Source: a virus. From it: DNA of 64,000 nt. The stretch covers positions 1-64,000 of IMG/VR virus record IMGVR_UViG_3300030098_005498. One strand, 5' to 3'. The first letter of the stretch is position 1. Every line of letters begins with the position of its first letter. The notes under the pieces are model-generated. The model saw only the letters and a program-made list of their open reading frames with translations. It was not told the origin of the DNA and made no database searches. A program made the translations under genes and the position numbers. This document shows, piece by piece, positions 1 through 9,617 of this stretch.

Positions 1-2
1 GA

Positions 3-278
3 GATCCTCCAGAAGAAGTAACACCTCCAGGTCAAGGTGGTGGAATGACTCCGCCGGAGGGATGCACCATTGCAGATCCTACTAACCCCTGTGACTACAG
101 TGCAGATCCTGCTGAAGCAGAGTTCTTTCCTTATGGTGGATGGAATTTAGAAATTTGCAAGCAAGCTGCCGATAAACACCCCGATGGCTGTGCGACTTAT
201 TGGTGGATAGAGCAGCAGAATGAGATATTTTCGAATGACTGGTGTAATCAGAATCCAGACCAGTGTGAGGGTACATAA
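3..278 (+). CDS. C-terminal part of a Cys/Pro/acidic-rich protein (5' truncated by window), possibly virion-associated
   Basis: Frame is open from position 3 (DPPEEVTPPGQGGGMTPPEGC...) to TAA at 276-278; six Cys in the last 77 aa. Confidence 0.6.
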   Translation, partial: DPPEEVTPPGQGGGMTPPEGCTIADPTNPCDYSADPAEAEFFPYGGWNLEICKQAADKHPDGCATYWWIEQQNEIFSNDWCNQNPDQCEGT

Positions 279-312
279 ACTATCAGTAAAAAAATCAATT
301 AACTTCATTTTA

Positions 313-322
313 TGTGTATAAA
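313..322 (+). promoter_or_regulatory. Candidate phage late-promoter motif TGTGTATAAA
   Basis: Identical 10-mer lies upstream of three virion-like genes (313+, 38676-, 45690-). Confidence 0.5.
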
Positions 323-357
323 TAACTAAGAATATTAATAAACAGGAGATTATTTCG

Positions 358-1353
358 ATGGCTGAAATACGATTTCAAATTTTGGGTAACAATGACAATA
401 CCCCGACTATAGACACTCTTTCTGGGTCAGGTTTGGCTTTTTTTGGAGCTACATCTGGGTCTTCGGTTCAGATCGGTGAATATCAGCAAACAACTTATGT
501 TGCAAATAGTGATGCTAGTATAGTTAAAGATATCTCTAGCAACAACAAGTATCGAACTGGTGTATTTCCCAGTGGGTCGGTCACTTTAGATGCTACTGCC
601 GGTTCTGCTTCTGATCTGGGTGTTAGTGGTGTAAGAAGTATGTATGGAAGTTTAGGTATTGAATTTGGCCATACTAGCGAAGTAAATATTCAGAACTGTC
701 AACTCAGGGTTTATGATCGTGGAAACGTAGCATATCCAGCTAGTGGCGTAAATACAAAAGTCGCTGAATTAGTCAATTTCAATGGCAGTGCTACGTGGGG
801 TAGCCAAGGAACTGATAATGGTGAATGTTCAGATGCACAGGGAAGTGGAGATTTATGGTGGTGGGGCGAGTCTTGGCCTTCAGAAATGTGTACTAAAAAC
901 TATTACACTAATAGTGTTGGTACTGTGTTTTATAATGGTAAAGATACCGATACAGTAGTCAATGGTGATTCTAGACTTTCCGCTGCTGCTGTGGCTGGAT
1001 CTTATGATACTGTTGGTGGTACGGGTGTAATTGTTCCCTTGCTTGATTCTCCTGGTTCTGGACAAAAACAACTTCACAATGAGGCGACTCTTAGTGGTAG
1101 TGGAATGGTTTGGCCTAAATGGTGTCAATACGTTACATCTGGTAAACAAAGTGAAATATTTGGGTTTACCTTTGGTGATGGAAGTGATACATCGAAAAGT
1201 TTGAACGCTGGGACACTGGAGCCCATTAGAAGAACTTATGGTGGTACAGGCATTGATAGTCACCACACATGGTCAGTTGCGTTATCCGCATCACCTCTTT
1301 CTACAGGAGCAAAAGAGCAGTACGGATTGTACGTTTCTTTAGAATATTTTTAA
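358..1353 (+). CDS. Putative virion structural protein (Gly/Ser/Thr-rich, 331 aa)
   Basis: Long ORF with RBS (CAGGAG), composition typical of phage structural proteins, followed by a terminator. Confidence 0.55.
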   Translation: MAEIRFQILGNNDNTPTIDTLSGSGLAFFGATSGSSVQIGEYQQTTYVANSDASIVKDISSNNKYRTGVFPSGSVTLDATAGSASDLGVSGVRSMYGSLGIEFGHTSEVNIQNCQLRVYDRGNVAYPASGVNTKVAELVNFNGSATWGSQGTDNGECSDAQGSGDLWWWGESWPSEMCTKNYYTNSVGTVFYNGKDTDTVVNGDSRLSAAAVAGSYDTVGGTGVIVPLLDSPGSGQKQLHNEATLSGSGMVWPKWCQYVTSGKQSEIFGFTFGDGSDTSKSLNAGTLEPIRRTYGGTGIDSHHTWSVALSASPLSTGAKEQYGLYVSLEYF

Positions 1354-1369
1354 TATTTGAAAATATAAT

Positions 1370-1404
1370 AGGGCTAAGGGCTGTGAAACCCCTAGCCCTT
1401 TTTT
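1370..1404 (+). terminator. Rho-independent terminator at the convergence of the + and - gene blocks
   Basis: AGGGCTAAGGG-ctgtgaaa-CCCCTAGCCCT followed by a T-tract. Confidence 0.7.
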
Positions 1405-1406
1405 AT

Positions 1407-1685
1407 TTAGGACAACTGTTCTTTAAGCTGTTCTTGTATCCTGTAAGCTTCTTTTTCGTCAGACGACATTAACATCTTTTTAGATTCCGTCTCATGTTGT
1501 TGATGAATTAGGCGGACTATCTTTTTCGCTGCCACGGGTAAATCTGCAACAGGAAATTTCCAAGTTGAAATATTATAGTCAATAGTCTCACCATCTTTTG
1601 AGAGCTTCCCCATAGCTATAACATACCTATCAGTTTCATCGTTTAGTTCTGAAATTTTGTTTTTCAAAGTACCATCGTTTTGCAT
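1407..1685 (-). CDS. Hypothetical protein
   Basis: 92-aa ORF with RBS (AGGGAAG); last gene of the minus-strand block. Confidence 0.6.
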   Translation of the reverse strand: MQNDGTLKNKISELNDETDRYVIAMGKLSKDGETIDYNISTWKFPVADLPVAAKKIVRLIHQQHETESKKMLMSSDEKEAYRIQEQLKEQLS

Positions 1686-1701
1686 GAAATCTTCCCTATT
1701 T

Positions 1702-1734
1702 AAAAATAAAAAAAGGGGTGTATAATAACACCCT
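1702..1734 (-). terminator. Rho-independent terminator
   Basis: GGGTGT-6 nt loop-ACACCC followed by a long T-tract on the minus strand. Confidence 0.6.
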
Positions 1735-1754
1735 AAACTTTGTTAAATTATAAA

Positions 1755-2084
1755 TTACTCTACAGATTTTGTTTGAGAGTTCCATTTAACCCAACCATTG
1801 TCTGGCAACCAATTTCCATCACTATCCTTCCTCTTCGGAAATAAACCGCCCCCTTTTTTGTTAACTCCAAATGACAATCTAGCACCACAATCAGCACAAC
1901 GCAGCTCGTAGTATTCGTTATCATCAACATTTCTCACTACAAATCTGATATTTTCAGATCCGCATTTACCACAAGTAGTTTGACCAAAAACTTCTTGAAA
2001 AGAAGCTAGTTGGCCGAAAAGATCTTTTTGAGTGTCACATTCAAATGATGCAGTAATTTTGCCTGCATTAAAAGTCGCTTTCAT
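1755..2084 (-). CDS. Zinc-ribbon protein (CGKC...CADC)
   Basis: Two CxxC pairs; GGAGG RBS before ATG at 2084. Confidence 0.7.
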   Translation of the reverse strand: MKATFNAGKITASFECDTQKDLFGQLASFQEVFGQTTCGKCGSENIRFVVRNVDDNEYYELRCADCGARLSFGVNKKGGGLFPKRKDSDGNWLPDNGWVKWNSQTKSVE

Positions 2085-2086
2085 TT

Positions 2087-2860
2087 TTACCTCCAAGATG
2101 GATCATAGCCCATAATATCTTCTGGTATTGATTTTGCATCTGTTTGATACTTATTTAAGACTCCTAGCATTTTAGTTGCCGTCTTTTTACTTACTTCCTC
2201 AATCGTTTCATAATTTGATTCGCCCATATTTATAAACTTCATTACATTAATGTCTAACTGTTCTGTTGCACATTTCCTATCAATAAAACTAATCTGGAAA
2301 GGTGTGATATTATCATCCTCTTTCCATTCTCCATTAGTAGATTGATTCTGTTCAACAGATTGTCTAACAATAGAAGCGATATCTTTTTTAGCAAGCTCCT
2401 CTGCTGCTAAACATTTTACCTTTAGAGCCTTTCTTAAAGCACGACCTTCGGCCCGTGTAGATGCGGTGGCAACGGGATGAGCACAGAATAGATCATCTGT
2501 ATTTCCGTGCCACACATCTGCCACGTCAGAGTAGGTTCTTAGTTGTCCAGAGTTCATCCAGTCAATCACTACCTCAAAAATAACGGTAGCCCTGCCGGGG
2601 CCATCATTATCTGTGGCAGGCCAAACCTGAGATGGTCTACTTACAACAATAGTTCCGAGTAGTTCTTCAGCAACCCGTCTCAAACCCGCACAAACAGGAT
2701 TGCCATCAAACAATTCATTAGTATGAAACTTACTCATAACAAAATCATGCCAGTCTTCTGATCCATAGGCTGGCATCATATCTTCATTCAATTCCATTTC
2801 TTTTTCCTGGTTAATGTCCTCTTTGATGCTTTCAACATCAAACAAATCCTGTCCTGTCAT
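2087..2860 (-). CDS. Rad52/Sak-like single-strand annealing protein (putative)
   Basis: Motif pattern GLRRVAEELLG...RATVIFEV...YSDVAD...ATASTRAEGRALRKAL resembles the Rad52/22 fold. Confidence 0.55.
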   Translation of the reverse strand: MTGQDLFDVESIKEDINQEKEMELNEDMMPAYGSEDWHDFVMSKFHTNELFDGNPVCAGLRRVAEELLGTIVVSRPSQVWPATDNDGPGRATVIFEVVIDWMNSGQLRTYSDVADVWHGNTDDLFCAHPVATASTRAEGRALRKALKVKCLAAEELAKKDIASIVRQSVEQNQSTNGEWKEDDNITPFQISFIDRKCATEQLDINVMKFINMGESNYETIEEVSKKTATKMLGVLNKYQTDAKSIPEDIMGYDPSWR

Positions 2861-3657
2861 TTGATCTCCAATTCAATAAAACGTTTTGTTTTTGCTGGAA
2901 ATTTGATTTTAATTTGTTCTATCTGTTTTAAAACAGCCTCCCAAAGCTTTCTTTCAACACTAAGGTTCATAGCTTTACAGAGATACTTTACACGAACAAC
3001 ACAAAAACCCTTACCAATTAATAGCCCATTCTTGATACTGTCTAATCGTATGGTCTCATTAAGCTTGTCCTGTCCAAAAATTGGCAGAAAATGTTGTGGA
3101 CCATCTATCTCTATTATAGTATTTAGTTCTGGCAAAAGCAAGTCAATTTCAAAATTTCCTTCCACTAATCCCTTTTTATGCATTACTACTTCATAGCCCA
3201 TTTCTTGAAGTTTTTTCTTGAGAAACTTTTCGGCTTTTGACCCTTCTAAACAAGCCTCCCTGAGTGCGGCTCCCGCTTTAGATTGCATTTCTTGTTTTTT
3301 TACTGGATCTATTTTGTCCCATCGCTCTTTAGCTTTTTTAGAGAAATCCTTTTTTGCTTCTTCGGGCATGTCCTTCCAAGCCTTTTCAACACCTTTACTT
3401 ATAGCAAGTTTAGTATCTTCTGTTCTAGTTTTGCCTTCCGTGGGATGTTCAGCCCGGCCCTTCTTGATAGCCAGTTTCATAGCTTCTGCCTTGCTGCGAA
3501 TTTGTACTCCATTTTTCTTTAAAATTCTTTCAATCTTTTTAGAGTATGTGTTAAACTCTTCAGCAATCTCGGCACAACTACTGCCGTCATTGTATTGTTT
3601 TATTACATATTCAGAATTTATGTTTTTCATTTTTAAACTTTCTATGTTTTGAAGCAA
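2857..3657 (-). CDS. Free-standing homing-endonuclease-like protein (HTH + NUMOD-like helices + Vsr/DUF559-type nuclease)
   Basis: N-terminal HTH (SCAEIAEEFNT), basic helical repeats, C-terminal EIDLLLPELNTIIEIDGPQHF. Confidence 0.65.
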   Translation of the reverse strand: MLQNIESLKMKNINSEYVIKQYNDGSSCAEIAEEFNTYSKKIERILKKNGVQIRSKAEAMKLAIKKGRAEHPTEGKTRTEDTKLAISKGVEKAWKDMPEEAKKDFSKKAKERWDKIDPVKKQEMQSKAGAALREACLEGSKAEKFLKKKLQEMGYEVVMHKKGLVEGNFEIDLLLPELNTIIEIDGPQHFLPIFGQDKLNETIRLDSIKNGLLIGKGFCVVRVKYLCKAMNLSVERKLWEAVLKQIEQIKIKFPAKTKRFIELEIK

Positions 3658-3666
3658 AATAATAGT

Positions 3667-5175
3667 CTAATTGATTGTATTTAATTCTAGTTTACTTTCT
3701 TGCACTATTTTATTAATCCAGTATTGTGGGTCTAATAATTCCATTTGGTTTTCTTTATTTACAACTTCGTCATACTTGTCCATTATTGTCTGTTCTTCAA
3801 GTAGTTGCTCAATATTGTCCAAAATGATAATTGGTAACTTTTTATACATCTCGTATATTTTATAGTCTCCCAACTTTATAACAATGGGAACTATATTACA
3901 ATATAAAGTTTCCCACAGGCGGTGAGTATCTATTCCATTTCCAGCAGGGCAAACATTCATTTTATATTGATTTCTTGTTTGAAAGTATTCTTCCTCTTCT
4001 AGATACGGAGGCTGCCAATCAATAAATTCAGCTTGTTGACACAGCCGCATTACAGGGTCTCGGTGCGTAGGGTTTGTTTCAATTCTGAAGTTGGCATAGA
4101 TATTTTTAGTTGGTTTTATATCTCTGTATTTATCTATATAATTTTGTGTAGTCAATGATCTAGGCCAGGATACTCCATGTCCACTTCTACATGACGGTTC
4201 GCCGTTTTCCAATCCCATTGGTATAGGTTCTGCACATTTTTCATTTGAGATTAAGTTTTGTGCGTAGATTTTTTTTACATTAGAGGGTCTACTTTTTACA
4301 ATTCCGTCTGTTGTTGGATAGTCGGAGTTTCCTACGATAAATATTACATTATCTTTTTGATTGTTTAAAGTTATAAAATCTTGTATAACATAATCTCTTT
4401 TACAAAAATTTATATTATTTATTTTATGTAGTTCAGAAAGTGTATTTAAGTAAAAATATTTTTTCATTACAGGGTTTGTTGTATTTTTATAATATATTTT
4501 CCATTCTTTTTTATAGGAAGGGTTTGCGGAGTTGCTTCTCACATATCTATGTAGATATTTTTTTGCAGGTATATTTTCTGCTCTGTCTATCATTAGTGCG
4601 AACGAGCTGTCCATACAATGAATTTCTGTTGCTTTTCTTAGCAGTGGCAAGTAGTCAAAAATAGTTTCTGAAAAAATTTCAGGTCTAACTATTGGTAACT
4701 CTGTATTGATAATACTTTCATCTATGTTAAGGTTACGATTTTTGTCATCATGCACAAAACAGAATGGTTGTTGAGGATCTAAAGCTTCAAGTATTTTATG
4801 TCCATTGTTGCCATCTTTTATTTCTAAATTGTATGAATCCAGGGGGTCAAATCCAAGTTGATGATAAAAATAATGATCAAACGAAATTTCAGAAGGATCA
4901 AACTCATCCCAGTTACTTTGATACATTCCTATTTTAAATATATCAACAGAATATTTACAAAGTACAGTCATTATCTTTTCAACTTCATTGTCATCTTCTA
5001 CTGCTTTAATCATTATATTCTGTTTTTCGCACATGTGTTTAAGCGATGATAGGTTGTGATATTTACAAAACAACAAAACACTGTTATACTTTTCAGCTAT
5101 TTTGTTAACAGCCGCCTGTTGAATGATATGATCTCCAAGTCCTAAATGTCCCAAGAATATAGCGTCGGTATTCAT
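3667..5175 (-). CDS. Two-domain glycosyltransferase-like fusion (phage GT-like domain + exostosin/GT47-like domain)
   Basis: N-terminal HLGLGDHI and EIHCMDSSF motifs; C-terminal CPAGNGIDTHRLWETLY motif. Confidence 0.65.
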   Translation of the reverse strand: MNTDAIFLGHLGLGDHIIQQAAVNKIAEKYNSVLLFCKYHNLSSLKHMCEKQNIMIKAVEDDNEVEKIMTVLCKYSVDIFKIGMYQSNWDEFDPSEISFDHYFYHQLGFDPLDSYNLEIKDGNNGHKILEALDPQQPFCFVHDDKNRNLNIDESIINTELPIVRPEIFSETIFDYLPLLRKATEIHCMDSSFALMIDRAENIPAKKYLHRYVRSNSANPSYKKEWKIYYKNTTNPVMKKYFYLNTLSELHKINNINFCKRDYVIQDFITLNNQKDNVIFIVGNSDYPTTDGIVKSRPSNVKKIYAQNLISNEKCAEPIPMGLENGEPSCRSGHGVSWPRSLTTQNYIDKYRDIKPTKNIYANFRIETNPTHRDPVMRLCQQAEFIDWQPPYLEEEEYFQTRNQYKMNVCPAGNGIDTHRLWETLYCNIVPIVIKLGDYKIYEMYKKLPIIILDNIEQLLEEQTIMDKYDEVVNKENQMELLDPQYWINKIVQESKLELNTIN

Positions 5176-5176
5176 T

Positions 5177-5572
5177 TTATTTTTCCATCTTTTTGATTAT
5201 ATTAGTACTTGAATAACCATCTATTTTGTCAAAAAATTCAACTGGGGAGTGTTGTGACCCTATCACTTTTTTGTCTTTATATTCAGATCCTATAATCATA
5301 AGGTCTGCATATTTTTCTACAAGTTTTTCTAATTGTTTATCTGAGTCAAATACTAATACACTATCAACCCATCTAATAGCTTTTAACATTTCCATTCTGG
5401 ATTTTTCATCATTTACTGGTCTTTGACTTCCTTTTAGTTTTTTTACTCTTTCGTCTGAGTCTATACCTACAGTAAGCCATTTGCCTCGTGATTTTGCATA
5501 TTGTAATAATTTAAGATGTCCTAAGTGTAATACATCAAAACACCCATTGACCCAGATTCTTTTTCCTGTCAT
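5177..5572 (-). CDS. rfaE2: RfaE/HldE domain II-like nucleotidyltransferase
   Basis: WVNGCFDVLHLGH (HxGH), GIDSDERVKKLKG..RP, GYSST. Confidence 0.85.
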   Translation of the reverse strand: MTGKRIWVNGCFDVLHLGHLKLLQYAKSRGKWLTVGIDSDERVKKLKGSQRPVNDEKSRMEMLKAIRWVDSVLVFDSDKQLEKLVEKYADLMIIGSEYKDKKVIGSQHSPVEFFDKIDGYSSTNIIKKMEK

Positions 5573-6354
5573 GACTTATTTGTCCTTGATGTTTTTCTAT
5601 CTTCATACACACATGTTCCTTGTTTTTGAATCACTTGAATACAGCATTGTTGTGCAAAATTAATACTGTCTTCAATTGAGTCAGTTTTATGTAAATGACT
5701 AGCAAATGTAGCAGTGAATACATCTCCTGCACCAGATACATCAAAAGTTTGCAATAGTTTGTGGGGTTTGTAATTAACTGCTGCAAACCTCACACCCCTA
5801 CTTCCAAGTGTTAGTATTAGCTTGTCAGCGTTATTTTTTTTATTGAAAATGTCTTCGTTTTTTTTATATTCTATTTCGTTTAGCTTGATGAAATCAAACG
5901 CATCTATAACACTTTGTTTTAAAAGTCTTTTAGTGTCTAAAATAGATATTCTTCTTTTACTGTTGCCTAGAGTTACCAAATCTTTTTCTTCTAGAAACCC
6001 TTTACAATAGTCCGATACAACTATTAAATCATCAGCTGTAGAGTTGTCTACAACTTGTTCTATTTTATTATTTGAAACTCTATTTGTAAAGTCGTCAGTA
6101 TCAACTCTTAGCAAAAGCTGGTTCGTTTTTTTATCTACAAATCTTGTCTTAGTTATTGTCTTGGGATTATTTGATATGAAACAAGCTTCTGGAAAAAATG
6201 TTGTTATATTTCTGTATGTGTTACCAGCCATGCCAAGTGTTGTGGTTTGCTCAATAGTGTTGAACACCGGAACTGGACCCTCTGGACACATTCTAGAACA
6301 AGATCCATATATGTAACGATCTATACAAGAATCTCCAATAACATAAATATTCAT
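5569..6354 (-). CDS. rfaE1: RfaE/HldE domain I-like PfkB sugar kinase
   Basis: VIGDSCIDRYIYG..SRMCPEGPVPV, SDYCKG, DVSGAGD. Confidence 0.85.
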   Translation of the reverse strand: MNIYVIGDSCIDRYIYGSCSRMCPEGPVPVFNTIEQTTTLGMAGNTYRNITTFFPEACFISNNPKTITKTRFVDKKTNQLLLRVDTDDFTNRVSNNKIEQVVDNSTADDLIVVSDYCKGFLEEKDLVTLGNSKRRISILDTKRLLKQSVIDAFDFIKLNEIEYKKNEDIFNKKNNADKLILTLGSRGVRFAAVNYKPHKLLQTFDVSGAGDVFTATFASHLHKTDSIEDSINFAQQCCIQVIQKQGTCVYEDRKTSRTNKS

Positions 6355-6365
6355 ATCAGTTTTTA

Positions 6366-7079
6366 TTACCTATAATTGCTTGTGTCTATAAATGGCATTA
6401 TTGGCATTATTTGCTCTTTGTAATCATAACACAATCTGTGAAACACTGAACCCATAATTTCATTCCAGTCTATTGGATATTTAGAAGGATGTCCTTGATA
6501 AGTGTCTCCTATAGTTGCACGGGGATGATAATTTCCATTATGTTTTTTTAATTCTTCTAATTTTTCAGATAAAATATTGTCAACCCTTGTTAGCCAGTTT
6601 TCAGTAAATTCGGTATGGCTTTTTGCTATAAACTTACCACAACCCAAAAAATACCCATTATTACAACATCCTTGTAAGTATTGTCTATTTAGTTCTTGGT
6701 TTGGACAAATTTCCTTTAAATTTCTAACAGCAAGACCTCCCTCTGCTCTTTCACGATATCCACATATTAATTTTGAAGAATCATTGTCAAAAGCATCAAA
6801 GTATGGATTCCAATCATATGAGCATCTTTTTATATCTGTATAACCGCCACCATGATGGTGTAGTAAGTAAGCCCTTAAGTAATCCGATTTATGGACAGAA
6901 CTTAAATATTGATAACCTTCATGTAAAGGAGCATTCTTAGTCCATTCCTTGAGATTACTACTTGTTACAAGAAAAACTTCACATCCTGAATTTTTCTTAA
7001 TTAATTCTAAACAACTCTTTCTATTCGGTGACATTTCATTAGTGTCAGACCATACACAAAATATATGTTTATTAACCAT
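6366..7079 (-). CDS. GT32-like / capsular polysaccharide synthesis glycosyltransferase
   Basis: HKSDYLRAYLLHHHGGGYTD motif. Confidence 0.75.
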   Translation of the reverse strand: MVNKHIFCVWSDTNEMSPNRKSCLELIKKNSGCEVFLVTSSNLKEWTKNAPLHEGYQYLSSVHKSDYLRAYLLHHHGGGYTDIKRCSYDWNPYFDAFDNDSSKLICGYRERAEGGLAVRNLKEICPNQELNRQYLQGCCNNGYFLGCGKFIAKSHTEFTENWLTRVDNILSEKLEELKKHNGNYHPRATIGDTYQGHPSKYPIDWNEIMGSVFHRLCYDYKEQIMPIMPFIDTSNYR

Positions 7080-7107
7080 GTTTTTTCCTAACTATATTGC
7101 TTAATGT

Positions 7108-7563
7108 TTAAATTATTTTTTGCAATTGTGACATATTCCAGTCGCTTACAATTCCGCATATTTTAATGTTTGCAAAGTTTTCAATTATTTCAGCGTGCGA
7201 GTCGCTTCTTGCTATAACCTTTAACTTGTCGTTTCGTAAAATATTCATAGCAGTAGAAAAATACACCGGATTTTCCAACCAGTCTAAATTCCATAGATAT
7301 AAATATCTATCTGATTTGTTGGGCAGCCTTAAGCTTGATTCAGCTTCTTCTAAAGTTGTAGAGATTAAAACTCCGTTATATGATATTAGAAAACTAGCTA
7401 ATTTACATCCAAACAGAGGCTGTATTGGAGGTATTGCATGTCTGTTGCAAAATACACCCACTGACACATCTGTATCATCTATAGCTTTATTAAATTCTTT
7501 AATTAAATAAAATGTATTTTGTGACATTGATAAATCATTAACAAGTGCTGCTATTTTTTTCAT
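7108..7563 (-). CDS. Hypothetical protein (possible GT-B half-domain)
   Basis: 151-aa ORF, operonic within the glycan cluster. Confidence 0.55.
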   Translation of the reverse strand: MKKIAALVNDLSMSQNTFYLIKEFNKAIDDTDVSVGVFCNRHAIPPIQPLFGCKLASFLISYNGVLISTTLEEAESSLRLPNKSDRYLYLWNLDWLENPVYFSTAMNILRNDKLKVIARSDSHAEIIENFANIKICGIVSDWNMSQLQKII

Positions 7564-8282
7564 TATCTTTCCTTATATTGATATTCTCTTTGCTCGTTAT
7601 TATCTTCGTCAAAGATAAATATTTCTCCCACAAAATATCGCTCTGAGTCAATGGGGCTTGGGAAGTCCTTTGCCCAATTTTCACATTGCCATTGGACTCG
7701 TGACATAAAATCTTTTGCATTATGAATTGTAGATTGATCAGGTTTTGCAAATTCTGGATATATTACATCTCTGAGGAAATCCATATCTTTCATAATCCAT
7801 ACATCTCTTTCATTTATTCTTTGTGCTTGACCGCCCTGATACTTGAGAATTGCAGCTTTCATACAAAAATCTACATCGGCTTTCATTCCCCACATGCCAC
7901 CAAGTATAGGATATCCATGATGGGGATGGTCACGCATGATGTGTAAAGTTGTATCATCTTTTACCCATTCTTGCACCGCCTCTTCTTCTCTTCTTGAGAA
8001 ACGAGAGTCTGAGTCTCTAATGATAAATCTCTCACACTCAAGATCAGACGCACAAAAACGCCAAGACGCAGCGAGAATTCCAGATTCCGTCATATCAATC
8101 AGTTCAACATCGTGATTGTTCAAATGGTTTAGAATTTCTTCTGTTAGTGTATTATCATGAAAAACAACAACCTTCCAATCTTGGTATAGTTGTTGCTCTT
8201 TTTTTATTCTTAAGTTTTCGTATAACCCTCGAACGTATTTTGGATCATTTCCATACAAAGAAAATGATATAAGTCTGTTCAT
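7563..8282 (-). CDS. Glycosyltransferase-like protein (GT-A)
   Basis: ISFSLYG..PKY, RDSDSR (DxD), MRDHPHH..ILGGMWG motifs. Confidence 0.65.
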   Translation of the reverse strand: MNRLISFSLYGNDPKYVRGLYENLRIKKEQQLYQDWKVVVFHDNTLTEEILNHLNNHDVELIDMTESGILAASWRFCASDLECERFIIRDSDSRFSRREEEAVQEWVKDDTTLHIMRDHPHHGYPILGGMWGMKADVDFCMKAAILKYQGGQAQRINERDVWIMKDMDFLRDVIYPEFAKPDQSTIHNAKDFMSRVQWQCENWAKDFPSPIDSERYFVGEIFIFDEDNNEQREYQYKER

Positions 8283-8863
8283 TCTACACCCCATCCCGCT
8301 CTGGTGATTGTTAATTCTTCTGTTGTAAAAGTATATTCTGGTATTTTGCTTTCACCTATAATGTTCTTAGTGTTAAAAAACAAGTTTTCATCATAAGTAA
8401 TAGTTTTAACAAATTGTTTTTTTCTCCAAATATTTTCTATTAGATGTGGCCTACCATACATAAATCTATGATTTAGTCTACGGTTTTTGCCCTCAAGAAA
8501 CTTTTTGCTGTCGCAGCATAAAACCAGAGGCAGATCCCAGAAGTCATACTCTTTTAAGTCATAACAACAAGACATAACTAAAATTCTTTGTCCTGGTTGT
8601 CCCAATTTTTTTAATTTCGATATGTGTCCCATCATATCCATTTGAAAATCAAAAGCTTTATTTCTAAAATAGTAATCGTCTACTAATTCTAGAGTAGCAT
8701 CTTTATATCTTTTATCGAACGGTTCATCTTGAAAAATCACCAATTTGATATACAAATTATCATGATTATTTTTTAAATTTTTAACTGTTTCGCTTATTTG
8801 GGGCCAATTCAAAGCTTTTTTGTTTGAAGTGACTCCAAATAGCAATACTGAAACTTTATTCAT
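8279..8863 (-). CDS. Hypothetical protein
   Basis: Operonic ORF with GGAG RBS. Confidence 0.55.
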   Translation of the reverse strand: MNKVSVLLFGVTSNKKALNWPQISETVKNLKNNHDNLYIKLVIFQDEPFDKRYKDATLELVDDYYFRNKAFDFQMDMMGHISKLKKLGQPGQRILVMSCCYDLKEYDFWDLPLVLCCDSKKFLEGKNRRLNHRFMYGRPHLIENIWRKKQFVKTITYDENLFFNTKNIIGESKIPEYTFTTEELTITRAGWGVE

Positions 8864-9617
8864 GTAAATATTCTCCACAAACATGGTCAAAAAATGGTTG
8901 TATTGTTGAAGGATATTCTCTATAATATTTACACGCTATTGCATATTTTTCAATATCTTCATTAAACATTATTGCACGTTTCTTTGCTGGCAGCACACAA
9001 ATTTTTATATCTGTACATGTCTTAAATTTTATACCACTATAATAAGCCCTCATAGACATTTCACCGTCAGCACAGTAGTATTTATAATGTGTATTGTAAA
9101 GTCCATGTTTTTTAAATACATTTTTTTTATAAATACCATAATTCATAACAATTTCTCCAACAACCGGGTTGGGATAATAATATTCTGCACAATTATGAAG
9201 TTTCCAGCCATTGTCACGCATACCAGAGCAATGCAGCCAGTCAGGATCTTGCATTGACTCAACATTTCCCTCTTTCCAGTTAAAAAGATATGCATCATGC
9301 TTGTCATCAATTTTATCTATTACGTCACTCCATTTATTGCAGAGAAGAATGTCATCATTCCATTGACCAACATATTCATAAGAAGCGTTTTTTATTCCAA
9401 GATTCATATAGTGAGCATACGGACTTCTTTCTCCCACTTCAATCAATTTTATTCTATTATGTGTTAAGTTTTTTATATATTCACAGGTGCCATCGTCACT
9501 TCCCCCATCTACTAGTACTAGCTCAACTCTATCATCTGCATAGACGGTATTTTCTAACAGTGATTGTAAATATTGTTTTCTATTTAGCGTCCCTGTAACT
9601 ATACTAATTCCTTGCAT
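8856..9617 (-). CDS. Glycosyltransferase family 2
   Basis: ISIVTGTLNR...LVDGGSDDGT...MNLGIKNA...WNDD. Confidence 0.85.
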   Translation of the reverse strand: MQGISIVTGTLNRKQYLQSLLENTVYADDRVELVLVDGGSDDGTCEYIKNLTHNRIKLIEVGERSPYAHYMNLGIKNASYEYVGQWNDDILLCNKWSDVIDKIDDKHDAYLFNWKEGNVESMQDPDWLHCSGMRDNGWKLHNCAEYYYPNPVVGEIVMNYGIYKKNVFKKHGLYNTHYKYYCADGEMSMRAYYSGIKFKTCTDIKICVLPAKKRAIMFNEDIEKYAIACKYYREYPSTIQPFFDHVCGEYLHE

